Shown here: positions 1 through 8,938 of the stretch, piece by piece | How the letters are laid out: the number at the start of each line of letters is the position of its first letter | Numbering within the stretch: the first letter of the stretch is position 1 | Source of the DNA: a virus | Virus record (IMG/VR): IMGVR_UViG_3300031548_000002 | Location: 27,364 to 91,363 of that record | Direction: 5' to 3' (one strand) | Length of the DNA stretch: 64,000 bases | Program-made: the position numbers and the translations under genes | The notes under the pieces: model-generated | Database searches by the model: none | What the model was told of the DNA's origin: nothing | Seen by the model: the letters and a program-made list of their open reading frames with translations, nothing else

Positions 1-96
1 CACGACGTTCCACCACTACCCACGGTGGATGAGCAGCGCGAGATCGTGGAGATGCTACGTGCACGTAACGAGATCGAGAGTGTTCACGACAACTGA
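1..96 (+). CDS. 3' end of a gene running in from before the window
   Basis: Frame 1 is open from base 1 to TGA at 94-96 (HDVPPLPTVDEQREIVEMLRARNEIESVHDN). Confidence 0.45.
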   Translation, partial: HDVPPLPTVDEQREIVEMLRARNEIESVHDN

Positions 97-156
97 TGCC
101 GAGCACGCACGATGCCCGCCGGTCGATTGCCGACCGGCGGGCTGTGTAAGAATGCA

Positions 157-342
157 TCAGGTGGTGGGGCCGAAGACGCGCGCGACCTGCATCTTGGAGG
201 CGGCGATGTTCAGCGCCCGCATCGTGTGCTCGGCGACCGGCTCACCCTCGACGTTGTACGCGGCATCCAGCGCGACGGCGACGGCGTCCTCGGCGGCCTT
301 GATGAGAGCGGCGAGCTCGGCGGGAGTGCAGGTCTTCGTCAT
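157..342 (-). CDS. hypothetical protein (61 aa)
   Basis: ATG at 342 with GAAGGA RBS and an upstream promoter; start shortened from the ORF track. Confidence 0.6.
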   Translation of the reverse strand: MTKTCTPAELAALIKAAEDAVAVALDAAYNVEGEPVAEHTMRALNIAASKMQVARVFGPTT

Positions 343-387
343 CTCGATCAGTCCTTCGTCGTTTGTCGTTTCGTTCCAACAACTAGA

Positions 388-416
388 ACAATACCACACG
401 TGAAGCGATGCGTCAA
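388..416 (-). promoter_or_regulatory. sigma70/HrdB-type promoter
   Basis: TTGACG-N17-TATTGT on the minus strand. Confidence 0.7.
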
Positions 417-504
417 TCACGCGGCGTCATAATCTTACAAGATCTTCCTGGTACAGTAGATCCAGTGGATTGACCGACCGGCCAACCGGCCGCGACGAAG
501 GTGA

Positions 505-687
505 GTGATCACGATGAGTAGCAAGACGACGATCAAGGACAGACGCGAGACGAGGCACGGCCTACACCTGATCTTGACGGTGTGTACGTGTGGCATGTGG
601 GCGCTGATCGGCTGGCCACTGTCGTGGCTGTGGAACAAGCTTGGGCCGCGTAAGCGGACCACCGTCAGGACGAGGAGCTACGAGTGA
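505..687 (+). CDS. small membrane protein
   Basis: HGLHLILTVCTCGMWALIGW hydrophobic segment; stop overlaps the next start. Confidence 0.7.
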   Translation: MITMSSKTTIKDRRETRHGLHLILTVCTCGMWALIGWPLSWLWNKLGPRKRTTVRTRSYE

Positions 688-1811
688 CGAACGCCGACCG
701 CCCGACCGAGGTGCTGCTGACCGGGGCCGCGGGCTTCGTGGGCAGTCACATGCTGCGGCGGCTGCTGCGCGACACGGACTGGGTCATTCACTGCCCGGTG
801 TCATTCAAGCACCACGGCAACCCGGAGCGGATCACACAGGTGATCGCGGAGGCGGAGGCCGAGGACGACCTGAACGGTGAGATCGCGTGGGAGCGCGTGC
901 GCATCGAGCCGTGTGACCTGTCGCTTCCGCTGGGCCCGACGCTGCGCATGGCGTGGACGCGCTGCAAGTACGTCTTCAACGTCGCATCGTCCAGCCACGT
1001 GGACCGGTCGATCGCGGAGCCGGGCGAGTTCATCCAGAACAACGTCGCCCTGATGACGAACGTCCTGGACGCCGCACGTGATATGCCGTTTCTGCGGGTC
1101 TTCATGCAGATGTCGACCGACGAGGTGTACGGTCCCGCTTCCGCCGATCACAGCCACGAAGAGTGGGAGACCATCCTTCCGAGCAACCCGTACTCCGCGA
1201 GCAAGGCGGCGCAGGAGGCCATCGCGTTCGCGTACTGGCGGACGTACGACCTGCCCATCGTGATCACCAACACGATGAACGTCATAGGAGAGCGGCAGGA
1301 TCCCGAGAAGTTTCTGCCCATGGTGATTCGTAAGCTGATGGATCATGAGGAGATTCTGATCCACTCGGACGTCGACGGCACGTCGGGCAGCCGCTTCTAC
1401 CTGCACGCGGCCAACCTCGCCGACGCGTGGATGACGATCATCGACCAGGTGAAGCGTGATCCGGCGCTGCTCGCGCGGTACTGTGCCGGCGCCGACCGGC
1501 CCACGCGCTACAACGTCGTGGGCGAGCGTGAGATCAAGAACGACGAGCTCGTCCTGCTCGTGGCTCGCGCGCTCTATGCGGCTGGGTCACTGGATGTGAC
1601 CGCTGCGGAGGTGGACGTGTACGCGCGTGGGCTCATGCGGTACGTTGACTTTCACACGTCTCGTCCGGGTCATGACCTGCGGTACGCGCTAGACGGCGGT
1701 AAGATCGAGCACCAGCTCGACTGGGAGCCGCCCGTGAAGCTTATCGACTCGATCCACAGCACCGTGCGCTGGTACGTACAGAACCCCGACTGGCTCCACC
1801 ACGCGAGCTGA
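684..1811 (+). CDS. rmlB: NDP-sugar (dTDP-glucose) 4,6-dehydratase, extended SDR family
   Basis: TGAAGFVG Rossmann motif, SHVDRSI, STDEVYG, YSASK, RPGHDLRYALD. Confidence 0.9.
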   Translation: MTNADRPTEVLLTGAAGFVGSHMLRRLLRDTDWVIHCPVSFKHHGNPERITQVIAEAEAEDDLNGEIAWERVRIEPCDLSLPLGPTLRMAWTRCKYVFNVASSSHVDRSIAEPGEFIQNNVALMTNVLDAARDMPFLRVFMQMSTDEVYGPASADHSHEEWETILPSNPYSASKAAQEAIAFAYWRTYDLPIVITNTMNVIGERQDPEKFLPMVIRKLMDHEEILIHSDVDGTSGSRFYLHAANLADAWMTIIDQVKRDPALLARYCAGADRPTRYNVVGEREIKNDELVLLVARALYAAGSLDVTAAEVDVYARGLMRYVDFHTSRPGHDLRYALDGGKIEHQLDWEPPVKLIDSIHSTVRWYVQNPDWLHHAS

Positions 1812-1823
1812 CCCGCGCACGAC

Positions 1824-1854
1824 GAAGGCCCGCACCTCATCAGCGCGGGCCTTC
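1824..1854. terminator. hairpin between convergent genes
   Basis: GAAGGCCCGC...GCGGGCCTTC inverted repeat. Confidence 0.7.
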
Positions 1855-1860
1855 ACTACG

Positions 1861-2022
1861 TCAGCAGCCGCTGCGGCAGCCGCTCTCATGACGCTGGAGC
1901 GCGACGTCCGCCGCGTTCTTGCTCGTGAAGTTGCCGGGGCCGTTGGCACCGCACTTCCCGTACCAGTTCCACTTTCGCGTGACGGGGTTCTGGGTGACGA
2001 ATGACGACGGTCGCTTGGGCAT
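1861..2022 (-). CDS. small basic hypothetical protein (53 aa)
   Basis: GAGGAGG RBS before ATG at 2022; own promoter upstream. Confidence 0.7.
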   Translation of the reverse strand: MPKRPSSFVTQNPVTRKWNWYGKCGANGPGNFTSKNAADVALQRHESGCRSGC

Positions 2023-2056
2023 TGATCCTCCTCGTGTCGGCGTTGCTGTTACTACT

Positions 2057-2085
2057 AGTATATCATAAGTTACCTTAATTGGCAA
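2057..2085 (-). promoter_or_regulatory. sigma70-type promoter
   Basis: TTGCCA-N17-TATACT. Confidence 0.75.
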
Positions 2086-2124
2086 CCGAATCGGCGGTAC
2101 GACGTGACGTGACCTGGTACCGTA

Positions 2125-2225
2125 GTCGGGTCAGGGTTCACGTTCGTTCCGGCTGACGTCGACGGTTCGCGCCGTCGGTCCACACCAGCGGCCCCACGGT
2201 CTTCGGATCGCGGGGCCGCTGCGTT
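2125..2225 (+). ncRNA. candidate small structured RNA
   Basis: Extended -10 TGgTACCGT at 2115-2123, no ORF, three consecutive stem-loops ending in a long C(UUCG)G hairpin at 2186-2221. Confidence 0.4.
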
Positions 2226-2226
2226 G

Positions 2227-2496
2227 CTAGCGCGACCGGCGCGTCAGCAGCATCCAGAGAATGATGAAGATCACCGTCGCTGTGAACAGCGGCCACAGTG
2301 CCGCCATGAGGATGTACGACCGGAACGCGGACCTACGCTCATCGTCGGTTCGGCGCTGACGGCGTCGTCGGTGGTTCCACTCACCCAGCGCGATCACAAC
2401 GGCGAGCACGATGACCACGCCGTAGAGGTACGCGAGTGTGGGACTTACTTCGTGTCCAACCGACTGGTCGGCCGGACCCAACTCCCAGTCCACCAC
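2227..2496 (-). CDS. two-TM membrane protein
   Basis: Two hydrophobic helices flanking an Arg-rich loop; AGGAGG RBS. Confidence 0.7.
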   Translation of the reverse strand: MVDWELGPADQSVGHEVSPTLAYLYGVVIVLAVVIALGEWNHRRRRQRRTDDERRSAFRSYILMAALWPLFTATVIFIILWMLLTRRSR

Positions 2497-2579
2497 GCCT
2501 CCTACTCGGTCTCACTCCCCCGCTAGGTGACACGCTCACACGGCCGTGGCTGCGGCAAGTTGATCCTGGGTTGACGACA

Positions 2580-2608
2580 ACGGTACCGTGCTGACGTTGA
2601 AAGTGCAA
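2580..2608 (-). promoter_or_regulatory. sigma70-type promoter
   Basis: TTGCAC-N17-TACCGT. Confidence 0.55.
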
Positions 2609-2616
2609 CAAGTCAA

Positions 2617-2662
2617 GCATCACTGAGGCCGCCACCTAAGCGGGTGGCGGCCTCAGCGATGC
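2617..2662. terminator. long hairpin terminator
   Basis: GCATCACTGAGGCCGCCACC...GGTGGCGGCCTCAGCGATGC just after the stop of 2665..3000. Confidence 0.75.
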
Positions 2663-2664
2663 GA

Positions 2665-3000
2665 CTAGTCGGTGCAGCAGGCACCCGCGCAGAGCGGGTA
2701 GTCGCACGGACTCGTGCAGCACGGCCCATCGCAGGCGGCGGCATCCGAGACGTCGGACGTGATGTCCTCGTCATCATCGCCCCAGCGGATGATGACCTCA
2801 GCGGATGCGATGCGGAGCTTCACTTGATCAACCAAGTCATCGTACGCCGGGTCACGTGGGTCTTCATCTACGGCGCGCAAGGCATCCCACGTGATGGTCA
2901 TCACATCATCGTGTGAGGCCATCTGGCCGTGGTTGGCGATGATCACAGCGGCGATCACCTTGGGATCCGTGAATCCGATCTTCATTTCACTCATGCTCAC
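2665..3000 (-). CDS. hypothetical protein, Cys-rich C-terminus
   Basis: Acidic ORF coupled to the upstream gene. Confidence 0.7.
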   Translation of the reverse strand: MSMSEMKIGFTDPKVIAAVIIANHGQMASHDDVMTITWDALRAVDEDPRDPAYDDLVDQVKLRIASAEVIIRWGDDDEDITSDVSDAAACDGPCCTSPCDYPLCAGACCTD

Positions 3001-3227
3001 TCCTCGTGCCAGCGGCGACTAAACAGCGCGACGTCCTCGTCGGCGCCGGAGACGTCCACCATGACCTCGGTGAGCGTGCAGTCGTGAAACTCCACGTCCA
3101 CCTCGGCGCCCACATCGGAGGCGAACTCACCCACAGTCTCCAACGCGTACTTAACACGCTCATCCTCGGTGTCGCAGTTAAGCAGTGCCAGGTCGTCCAC
3201 GGTGATCGTGATCATGCGAGCCATCAT
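2997..3227 (-). CDS. acidic hypothetical protein
   Basis: GGAGG RBS, GACACGA box and promoter upstream. Confidence 0.7.
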   Translation of the reverse strand: MMARMITITVDDLALLNCDTEDERVKYALETVGEFASDVGAEVDVEFHDCTLTEVMVDVSGADEDVALFSRRWHEE

Positions 3228-3266
3228 GTCCTCCGTCGTGTCATACCGTGTTCCGGTGTTGGTTCC

Positions 3267-3327
3267 AATATATCACGTGTACATCACGAGTGCAACCGTT
3301 GACAACTAAGTCTTGTGTGATTACTGT
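3267..3327. promoter_or_regulatory. back-to-back divergent promoters
   Basis: Minus: TTGCAC-N17-TATATT (3295-3267); plus: TTGACA-N17-TACTGT (3299-3327). Confidence 0.7.
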
Positions 3328-3341
3328 CGCTGACAACAACC

Positions 3342-3659
3342 GTGAACGAGCAACGGGAGGACCTAGTGTTTGTGCTCGCAACGGATCAGTGGCCCGTACG
3401 CACAACGGTGCTGCGGCCGGACGCCGCGGGAGACATGCACCCGTACACGTGCGTGTACGCAACGCTCAGCCAGGGACAGGGCGTGCGACGGTGTCACCAC
3501 TGTCAGATCTACATGCTCGCGGGTCCGGCGTACCGCGATGTGTCGGGACTCCGCGTGTGGCACACTGAGTGCTGGCTCCTTGAGCTACGCACGCACGTGC
3601 GCCCGCGATCGATCGAGCGATGGGTCCTCTGCAACGTCGAGTGGGCCAACGCACTCTAA
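3342..3659 (+). CDS. hypothetical protein, CxxC..HxxC metal-binding motif
   Basis: CHHC...WHTEC. Confidence 0.55.
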   Translation: MNEQREDLVFVLATDQWPVRTTVLRPDAAGDMHPYTCVYATLSQGQGVRRCHHCQIYMLAGPAYRDVSGLRVWHTECWLLELRTHVRPRSIERWVLCNVEWANAL

Positions 3660-3699
3660 GTAGCAGTACTCGCGCACTAGGACACGATAGGAGACCACT

Positions 3700-3981
3700 G
3701 TGACCACCACTGTGCCGCCGCTGGATCTGGACACCACCGATGTACCCGATGAGCTGACGCTGGGAAGCACCGAGGACCGTGAGATCCCCTCCTGGCTCGC
3801 GATGCTCATGACGGCGTACCTGCCGACGTACTGCGGTATCTGTCACGAGGTCGCGCCCGTGGGTAGCTCCGTCTACTATGAGGGCGGACGACCGCATCCC
3901 GCGCACGTGGAGTGCTGGCTCATCCAGCTGACCGCGCGACCGGTTCGCGTGCTGGCCGTGCACTACCGCAGGACCCACTAA
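3700..3981 (+). CDS. hypothetical protein, CxxC..HxxC motif
   Basis: CGIC...AHVEC; AGGAG RBS. Confidence 0.6.
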   Translation: MTTTVPPLDLDTTDVPDELTLGSTEDREIPSWLAMLMTAYLPTYCGICHEVAPVGSSVYYEGGRPHPAHVECWLIQLTARPVRVLAVHYRRTH

Positions 3982-4079
3982 CCGCGCACGCACATACGTG
4001 CGCATACACGACACCCACTCATGCTGTGAGTGGGTGTCGGGCGTTCGCGAAAGAATCTTGTGGAACCTCATCTCGGTGG

Positions 4080-4108
4080 TTGACACTCTACACCACGTGT
4101 GTTAAATT
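4080..4108 (+). promoter_or_regulatory. sigma70-type promoter
   Basis: TTGACA-N17-TAAATT. Confidence 0.75.
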
Positions 4109-4169
4109 AGTTGTTGTCAGGAAGTACAGAGACTGATCACGACACCGACACGATGAGGGACTGATCACC

Positions 4170-4847
4170 ATGACGAACACCGCTACCGCCGTCGCGACCA
4201 ACATGACCGAGTGGCTGACCCAGACGATCAACGAGCAGGGTCCGCTGACGGTCGCCCAGGTCGTCGAGCTGTCCGGTCGATCCGAGACCACCGCGCGCAA
4301 GCTGCTCAAGTCGCTGGTCGCGGACGGCACCCTCTGGAGGAACGACGAGGTGAAGCCCGCCACGTTCGAGCTGATCACCGACACGACCGAGGACGAGGCT
4401 TCCGAGGCCGAGGACGAGGCGAAGATCGATGAGATCATGGACGCGATCACCGCCGAGCCGAAGCCGAAGAAGTCCGCCAAGTCGAAGAAAGTCGCGCACA
4501 CCGACGTGCCACACGCTTACGACCGCAACGTGCGGGTGAACGGTGAGACTCTGGTCGTCACCGAGGCCTACGCCCTGCTGGTCGATCCGCCGACGTTCGA
4601 CTCGGCCGACGAGGCGTACGCGTGGGCCAACGCGGCGCAGGACCGCGGCGAGGGCGATCACACTGCGGACGAGATCGCCGGCCTGTACTTCGAGGTCGTG
4701 ACGGACTACCTGAACGTCCTGCTGCACGACGGCGACATCACCAAGCAGGTGTGGTACGGTCGTACCTTCCGGCTGCGTCGCACACTGGTGGGGCACGGCA
4801 AGGGCACCGCCTCGGCGCGACCGGAGCTTACGACCAGCGATGAGTGA
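4170..4847 (+). CDS. winged-HTH DNA-binding protein
   Basis: GPLTVAQVVELSGRSETTARKLLKSLVADG. Confidence 0.75.
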   Translation: MTNTATAVATNMTEWLTQTINEQGPLTVAQVVELSGRSETTARKLLKSLVADGTLWRNDEVKPATFELITDTTEDEASEAEDEAKIDEIMDAITAEPKPKKSAKSKKVAHTDVPHAYDRNVRVNGETLVVTEAYALLVDPPTFDSADEAYAWANAAQDRGEGDHTADEIAGLYFEVVTDYLNVLLHDGDITKQVWYGRTFRLRRTLVGHGKGTASARPELTTSDE

Positions 4848-4857
4848 TCGCACCGGT

Positions 4858-4889
4858 GAGGCCGCTTACGCGACAGCGTAGGCGGCCTC
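4858..4889 (+). terminator. hairpin terminator
   Basis: GAGGCCGC...GCGGCCTC followed by a T-rich tract. Confidence 0.7.
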
Positions 4890-4904
4890 TCTGTTTACCA
4901 GGCG

Positions 4905-4934
4905 TTGACTTGATCTTATCTTGTGTGATAGTAT
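4905..4934 (+). promoter_or_regulatory. sigma70-type promoter
   Basis: TTGACT-N18-TAGTAT. Confidence 0.65.
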
Positions 4935-4988
4935 GAAACCATGACCACCCGATCCAGTGGTGAAGATACGACACGATGAGGTGATGAT

Positions 4989-5579
4989 GTGGTACACGCA
5001 GCTGATCCTGTGGGGGCCTTCGAGCGTAAGCACGTTACCGAGCTCGCCGAGGACGACCTCGTGTGGGACGCGGACCTGGGCCGCTGGCGGCGCGTCACTT
5101 CGGTGGTGCGCTACACCGCGCAGGTGAGTGGCACGAAGATGATCAAGGTGGTGCTGGACCTCAGCACGTGGACGCGGCGTGAGGTAAGCGGTGAGGCGTA
5201 CTACGACGTCCTGCTGGACGCCGAGCCGTCGACCGCCGTCCGCCCGCTGTCCGCGACCGAACGGCGTCGCATCGCACGGCGCGGCGCGTCGGCCGACGTC
5301 GACGAAGAGTCGACTCTGCAGCCGCCGGCTGCGCCGGCCACTACGGCCGCTCAGCCTCCCGCTGAGCGGAGCACGCCGGCGGCTGATCAAACCGACCACG
5401 GCGGCGACGTACGCGCTCGCAGGGAGGAGCTGCGCCTCTCGCGCGCCACGGTCGCCGAGTTGTGCGGCCTGACGCCCGGCGCGCTGTGGCGTGTGGAGAA
5501 CGGTCGACCCAAGGATGATGAGCTGGACCGCGTGCGCGCGGCCCTGGACGCCGAGGAGGCGCGCCGTGCTACCCACTAA
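4989..5579 (+). CDS. XRE-family HTH protein
   Basis: C-terminal RARREELRLSRATVAELCGLTPGALWRVENG. Confidence 0.8.
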   Translation: MVHAADPVGAFERKHVTELAEDDLVWDADLGRWRRVTSVVRYTAQVSGTKMIKVVLDLSTWTRREVSGEAYYDVLLDAEPSTAVRPLSATERRRIARRGASADVDEESTLQPPAAPATTAAQPPAERSTPAADQTDHGGDVRARREELRLSRATVAELCGLTPGALWRVENGRPKDDELDRVRAALDAEEARRATH

Positions 5580-6078
5580 GGCCCGAGCACGCGGTGCTAC
5601 CGTAGTCGGACGGCCCGAGCACGCGCCACCGCGGCGCGCGTACCGGACGTCGCTGGAGGATGCCATCGCCGTCGCACTGCGGCAGGTCGCGCTGCGCACA
5701 CGGCTGTACGTGGACGACGTCACCGTGGACGCGTTCGCGCGCGCTCTCGCGCCCATGATCGTCCAGCTACCCTACGCGCGGCGTATCACCGCCGAGAAGC
5801 GACGCCGGCAGCGTGTGGCGGTCGATCAGAGTGGTCCGCTGTCGCCGCGGCAGAAGCGCGCGCTGGTCGGCGTCGCCCTGGGACTGTCGACGCACGAGAT
5901 CGGCGAGGACACGCAGACGACGTCCAACACGATCAAGACGCAACTTAAGGGCGTGTACGCGGCCCTGGGCGCGAGGAACGCGGCCAACGCCGTGGCCATC
6001 GCGTTCCGCACGGGCGTCCTGACTCCGCAAGATCTCACCATGTACCAGGAGGACACATGTGCGCTGTCTGCAGAGTGA
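5566..6078 (+). CDS. LuxR-family HTH regulator
   Basis: LSPRQKRALVGVALGLSTHEIG...TIKTQLKGVYAALGARNAANAVAIA; start uncertain. Confidence 0.8.
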   Translation: MLPTKARARGATVVGRPEHAPPRRAYRTSLEDAIAVALRQVALRTRLYVDDVTVDAFARALAPMIVQLPYARRITAEKRRRQRVAVDQSGPLSPRQKRALVGVALGLSTHEIGEDTQTTSNTIKTQLKGVYAALGARNAANAVAIAFRTGVLTPQDLTMYQEDTCALSAE

Positions 6079-6323
6079 TGGGTTCGAATGTGTTCGAGGA
6101 TGACCCTGAGCACGACGTGAACGAGGGTCTCGAGGTTGCGGTGGCGCTGGACGGCGACGTCGCGTGGTACGTCTGGCGGCGCAGCGACGGGTTTGTGAAC
6201 GCGTCGAACGAGCACCCGGACGAGGCCTTCGTCGACGACGAGTACCGGTACTTCATGATCGTCGTCTCGACCGACCTCGATGAGGTCCAGGCCACGATCA
6301 TGATGGCGCTGGCGTGTAACTAG
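6057..6323 (+). CDS. acidic hypothetical protein
   Basis: AGGAGG RBS, GC3-rich codons. Confidence 0.65.
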   Translation: MCAVCRVMGSNVFEDDPEHDVNEGLEVAVALDGDVAWYVWRRSDGFVNASNEHPDEAFVDDEYRYFMIVVSTDLDEVQATIMMALACN

Positions 6324-6333
6324 CTTCACGTGG

Positions 6334-6363
6334 TTGACGGACTGCGCTCTTGTGTGATATAGT
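6334..6363 (+). promoter_or_regulatory. sigma70-type promoter
   Basis: TTGACG-N18-TATAGT. Confidence 0.7.
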
Positions 6364-6405
6364 GGAACCACGCTGAACAACCGGCGAACGACACGAGGAG
6401 TCACG

Positions 6406-6855
6406 ATGCGAACCACTCTCAGCTCGGCGACCTACATCATTAACGAGCTCGACAAGCGCGGGCTGCACGGCGTGCTCTACCACACCGGTGGCGGCTGCAC
6501 GGCCGTCGAGGTCGAGGTGCTGTACATCACCGAGGACGGCAATGAGGAGACCGGGCTCGTCGTGATCACCGACGTCTCCGGCACCACGGTGTCGGTGGAC
6601 ATCGACTACGAGCCGGTGTTCCTCGGCTGGGTCGCCGGCTTCTACGTCAGCGAGGACGGTTTCTCCGGTGGTGACGAGGCCGAGTGGATCCACGCCGAGG
6701 CGTACGAGCGCGAGGAGACGGTGGCGCGGGCACGCGGTGAAGGCAATGAGTTCGCGCAGGCCGTGCTCGAGAACCTGCGTCAGGACTGGCAGACCGACGC
6801 CGACGTCATGGTGGCGGCGGTCGCTACATTCATCGAGGAGAAGAAGCGTGGCTGA
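6406..6855 (+). CDS. hypothetical protein (HTGGGC motif)
   Basis: GAGGAG RBS, coding bias. Confidence 0.75.
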   Translation: MRTTLSSATYIINELDKRGLHGVLYHTGGGCTAVEVEVLYITEDGNEETGLVVITDVSGTTVSVDIDYEPVFLGWVAGFYVSEDGFSGGDEAEWIHAEAYEREETVARARGEGNEFAQAVLENLRQDWQTDADVMVAAVATFIEEKKRG

Positions 6856-7078
6856 GCCTACGTACCCGGACTGCGTCGTCAACCTATCCGGTGAGGACGG
6901 CAACATCTTCGTCATCATCGGCCGCGTGCGCGTCGCGCTGCGCGAGCACATGAAGGTGCGCGGTGTGGGGCACGCCGAACGCAACCGACGTCTGGACGAG
7001 TTCACCGCCTCGGTGACGAACTCCCAGTCGTACGATGACGCCCTGGCGGTCGTCATGCACTGGGTCACCGTGGAGTAG
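6848..7078 (+). CDS. hypothetical protein
   Basis: GTG overlaps the upstream stop; LSGEDGNIFVIIGRV...SYDDAL is a familiar small phage protein pattern. Confidence 0.7.
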   Translation: MAEPTYPDCVVNLSGEDGNIFVIIGRVRVALREHMKVRGVGHAERNRRLDEFTASVTNSQSYDDALAVVMHWVTVE

Positions 7079-7083
7079 TCGTG

Positions 7084-7128
7084 AGAGGGCGTCCCGGTAT
7101 TGCACGGGACGCCCTCTTGTGGTATATT
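7084..7128 (+). promoter_or_regulatory. terminator hairpin fused with promoter
   Basis: 13-bp IR 7084-7117 overlapping TTGCAC-N17-TATATT (7100-7128). Confidence 0.7.
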
Positions 7129-7166
7129 GATCGCAACGGTTCAACCGATCACGATAAGATGAGGTA

Positions 7167-7601
7167 GTGATGACAGCCGTAGCCAACGGCCCACTGGAAC
7201 CGGGTGACCTCGTGACGACCACGTGCGTGGGAGAGGTCTACGGTCGCGTCTTCGACGTGATCGGCGACGTCCACCGCGTGTGGTGGGGCGACGCGGTCGC
7301 GCCCAACGCTGTGGAGAGCCTGAGTCCGCACACCGCCGGCGAGCTGCAACTCGTCCAGCGGCCCGTGTGGTACCTCGCCGTCTGGTTCACCGGCGACGAT
7401 GACGTCGATCCGTACGCGTTCGTCGTCGCGGATGAGCGGCCACTGAAGTACGTCGACGCGGAGCACGCGTTCGATCGCGCGGAGAACTACGAGATCGTCA
7501 GCCGTCGGCTCGGTCACACGCCGACCGGCGAGGACGCCAACCCCGACACGATGACCGATGAGGACAACGACGATGCTGGAGACGAACGCACCACCGGCTG
7601 A
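7167..7601 (+). CDS. hypothetical protein
   Basis: GAGG RBS, coding bias. Confidence 0.7.
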   Translation: MMTAVANGPLEPGDLVTTTCVGEVYGRVFDVIGDVHRVWWGDAVAPNAVESLSPHTAGELQLVQRPVWYLAVWFTGDDDVDPYAFVVADERPLKYVDAEHAFDRAENYEIVSRRLGHTPTGEDANPDTMTDEDNDDAGDERTTG

Positions 7602-8595
7602 CTGCCCGACTCCGCGTAAGATGCGATTCATGACGCGGAGTGCGGCGAAGAGATCCGCGGCGTACCGAAGCCGCAGCACCGGCTTTCCGCTGTACGTGTA
7701 CAAGTGCAACTGCAAGTCGTGGCATATGACGCGCCAGCGACAGGAGCTGACCGACGCGCCCGAGACGCAGATCCACGGTGTACCCCACGCGCTGGGCATG
7801 ACCGACGATGCGTTCCAGAATGCGGTCATCAACGACGTCATGTGCTCGATCGCGCCCGACGACGCGCAGTTCTTGCGGCACATCGACGTCATCGACCGCT
7901 GGTACGCAACGCTGGTCAAGACGCGTAAGCAGGCCGAGGCTGAGCTGACCGAGCTGCGCAAGCTGCGCAACCCGTCGGCCGAGGATGCGGAGTGGCGCGA
8001 CATGCTCAAGGAGTGCGTCGACCTGGTGGACGCGCGTCAGCGCGAGTGCGCCGAGCTGCGACGCGTTCGCGATGTCGTACCCGCTAAGCCGACTCCGCCG
8101 ACGTACGTCTCACCGGAGCGCGCGCAGCTTCGTCAGCTTAAGCAGGCCGCGGCACAGAGTGAGTACCGGCTGACGCGGCGTACGGCGGGTGACCGTGCGA
8201 TCGGCATCTTGGTGGACCGACACCGCGCCGAGTTCAACGAGATCTACACGGTGGAGGGCGCGCGGGCGGGTCTTGATCTCAAGTGGTTCGATGAAGATGA
8301 GCCCGTTGACGTCGCGTTCGTACGTGACCAGGATCCGCCGGGTGTGACGCCGGAGTATCGTGATCCGCGGCTGCCGGACGCGCACCTCGTGATCACCGGC
8401 GAGGAGACCTTCGATGAGGCCGCCAACCTGCTGATCGGCGCCGTGTACCGGCACCTGCGAGAGCACGAAGACGCGAACGTGGCGTCGCGCGCCGTGCGCG
8501 ACCTGGTGCTGCAGATCGAGCGCGTGCAAGACATCCACCGCAACATCCGGTCCATCGCGTACATCGCGCACGACTGGCTGACGCTCCACGTCTGA
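7558..8595 (+). CDS. hypothetical protein, N-terminal YxC..WH motif and coiled coil
   Basis: YKCNCKSWHMT; start may be 7573. Confidence 0.7.
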   Translation: MRTTTMLETNAPPADCPTPRKMRFMTRSAAKRSAAYRSRSTGFPLYVYKCNCKSWHMTRQRQELTDAPETQIHGVPHALGMTDDAFQNAVINDVMCSIAPDDAQFLRHIDVIDRWYATLVKTRKQAEAELTELRKLRNPSAEDAEWRDMLKECVDLVDARQRECAELRRVRDVVPAKPTPPTYVSPERAQLRQLKQAAAQSEYRLTRRTAGDRAIGILVDRHRAEFNEIYTVEGARAGLDLKWFDEDEPVDVAFVRDQDPPGVTPEYRDPRLPDAHLVITGEETFDEAANLLIGAVYRHLREHEDANVASRAVRDLVLQIERVQDIHRNIRSIAYIAHDWLTLHV

Positions 8596-8600
8596 CGGTG

Positions 8601-8648
8601 GGACGCGGTCGGCGGATCGTTGCCGACCGCGTCCGATCTTGATAGGAT
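8601..8648 (+). promoter_or_regulatory. terminator hairpin fused with promoter
   Basis: 13-bp IR 8601-8634 overlapping TTGCCG-N17-TAGGAT (8620-8648). Confidence 0.65.
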
Positions 8649-8680
8649 TAATACACGAGCAACGGACGAGGATGATCGAT

Positions 8681-8938
8681 ATGACGAAGATCTGGCTGGT
8701 GCTGCAGGGCACCGTGAGTCGCAACGTCGACGGCGAGCGCGTCGTCGTAAAACTTGAGGTCATCGCGCGCTGCGCGTACGAGGTGCAGGCGGAGCGCATC
8801 GCCGAGAGCCTGCGGTCGACTCACGCGGTGGCCGCGCGTCCGACGCGGGTTACCGCGCGCGGGTCGACCGTTGAGGACGCGAACGAGCACTCGTTCGTGG
8901 TCGCAGAGATGAGCTCACTGCTGGAGGGTGTACGATGA
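8681..8938 (+). CDS. hypothetical protein
   Basis: GAGG RBS; stop overlaps the next start. Confidence 0.6.
   Translation: MTKIWLVLQGTVSRNVDGERVVVKLEVIARCAYEVQAERIAESLRSTHAVAARPTRVTARGSTVEDANEHSFVVAEMSSLLEGVR

Noticed and set aside
1-96. PLPTVDEQREIVEML resembles the conserved helix of type I R-M specificity (HsdS) subunits
   Set aside because: Only 31 residues are visible at the window edge, too little to call
2095-2225. Possible tRNA
   Set aside because: No cloverleaf, no proper T-loop/D-loop spacing or acceptor stem; kept only as a generic ncRNA candidate
4989-6078. XRE/LuxR genes as a lysogeny switch
   Set aside because: No integrase, parAB or divergent cI/cro arrangement in the window; lifestyle cannot be determined
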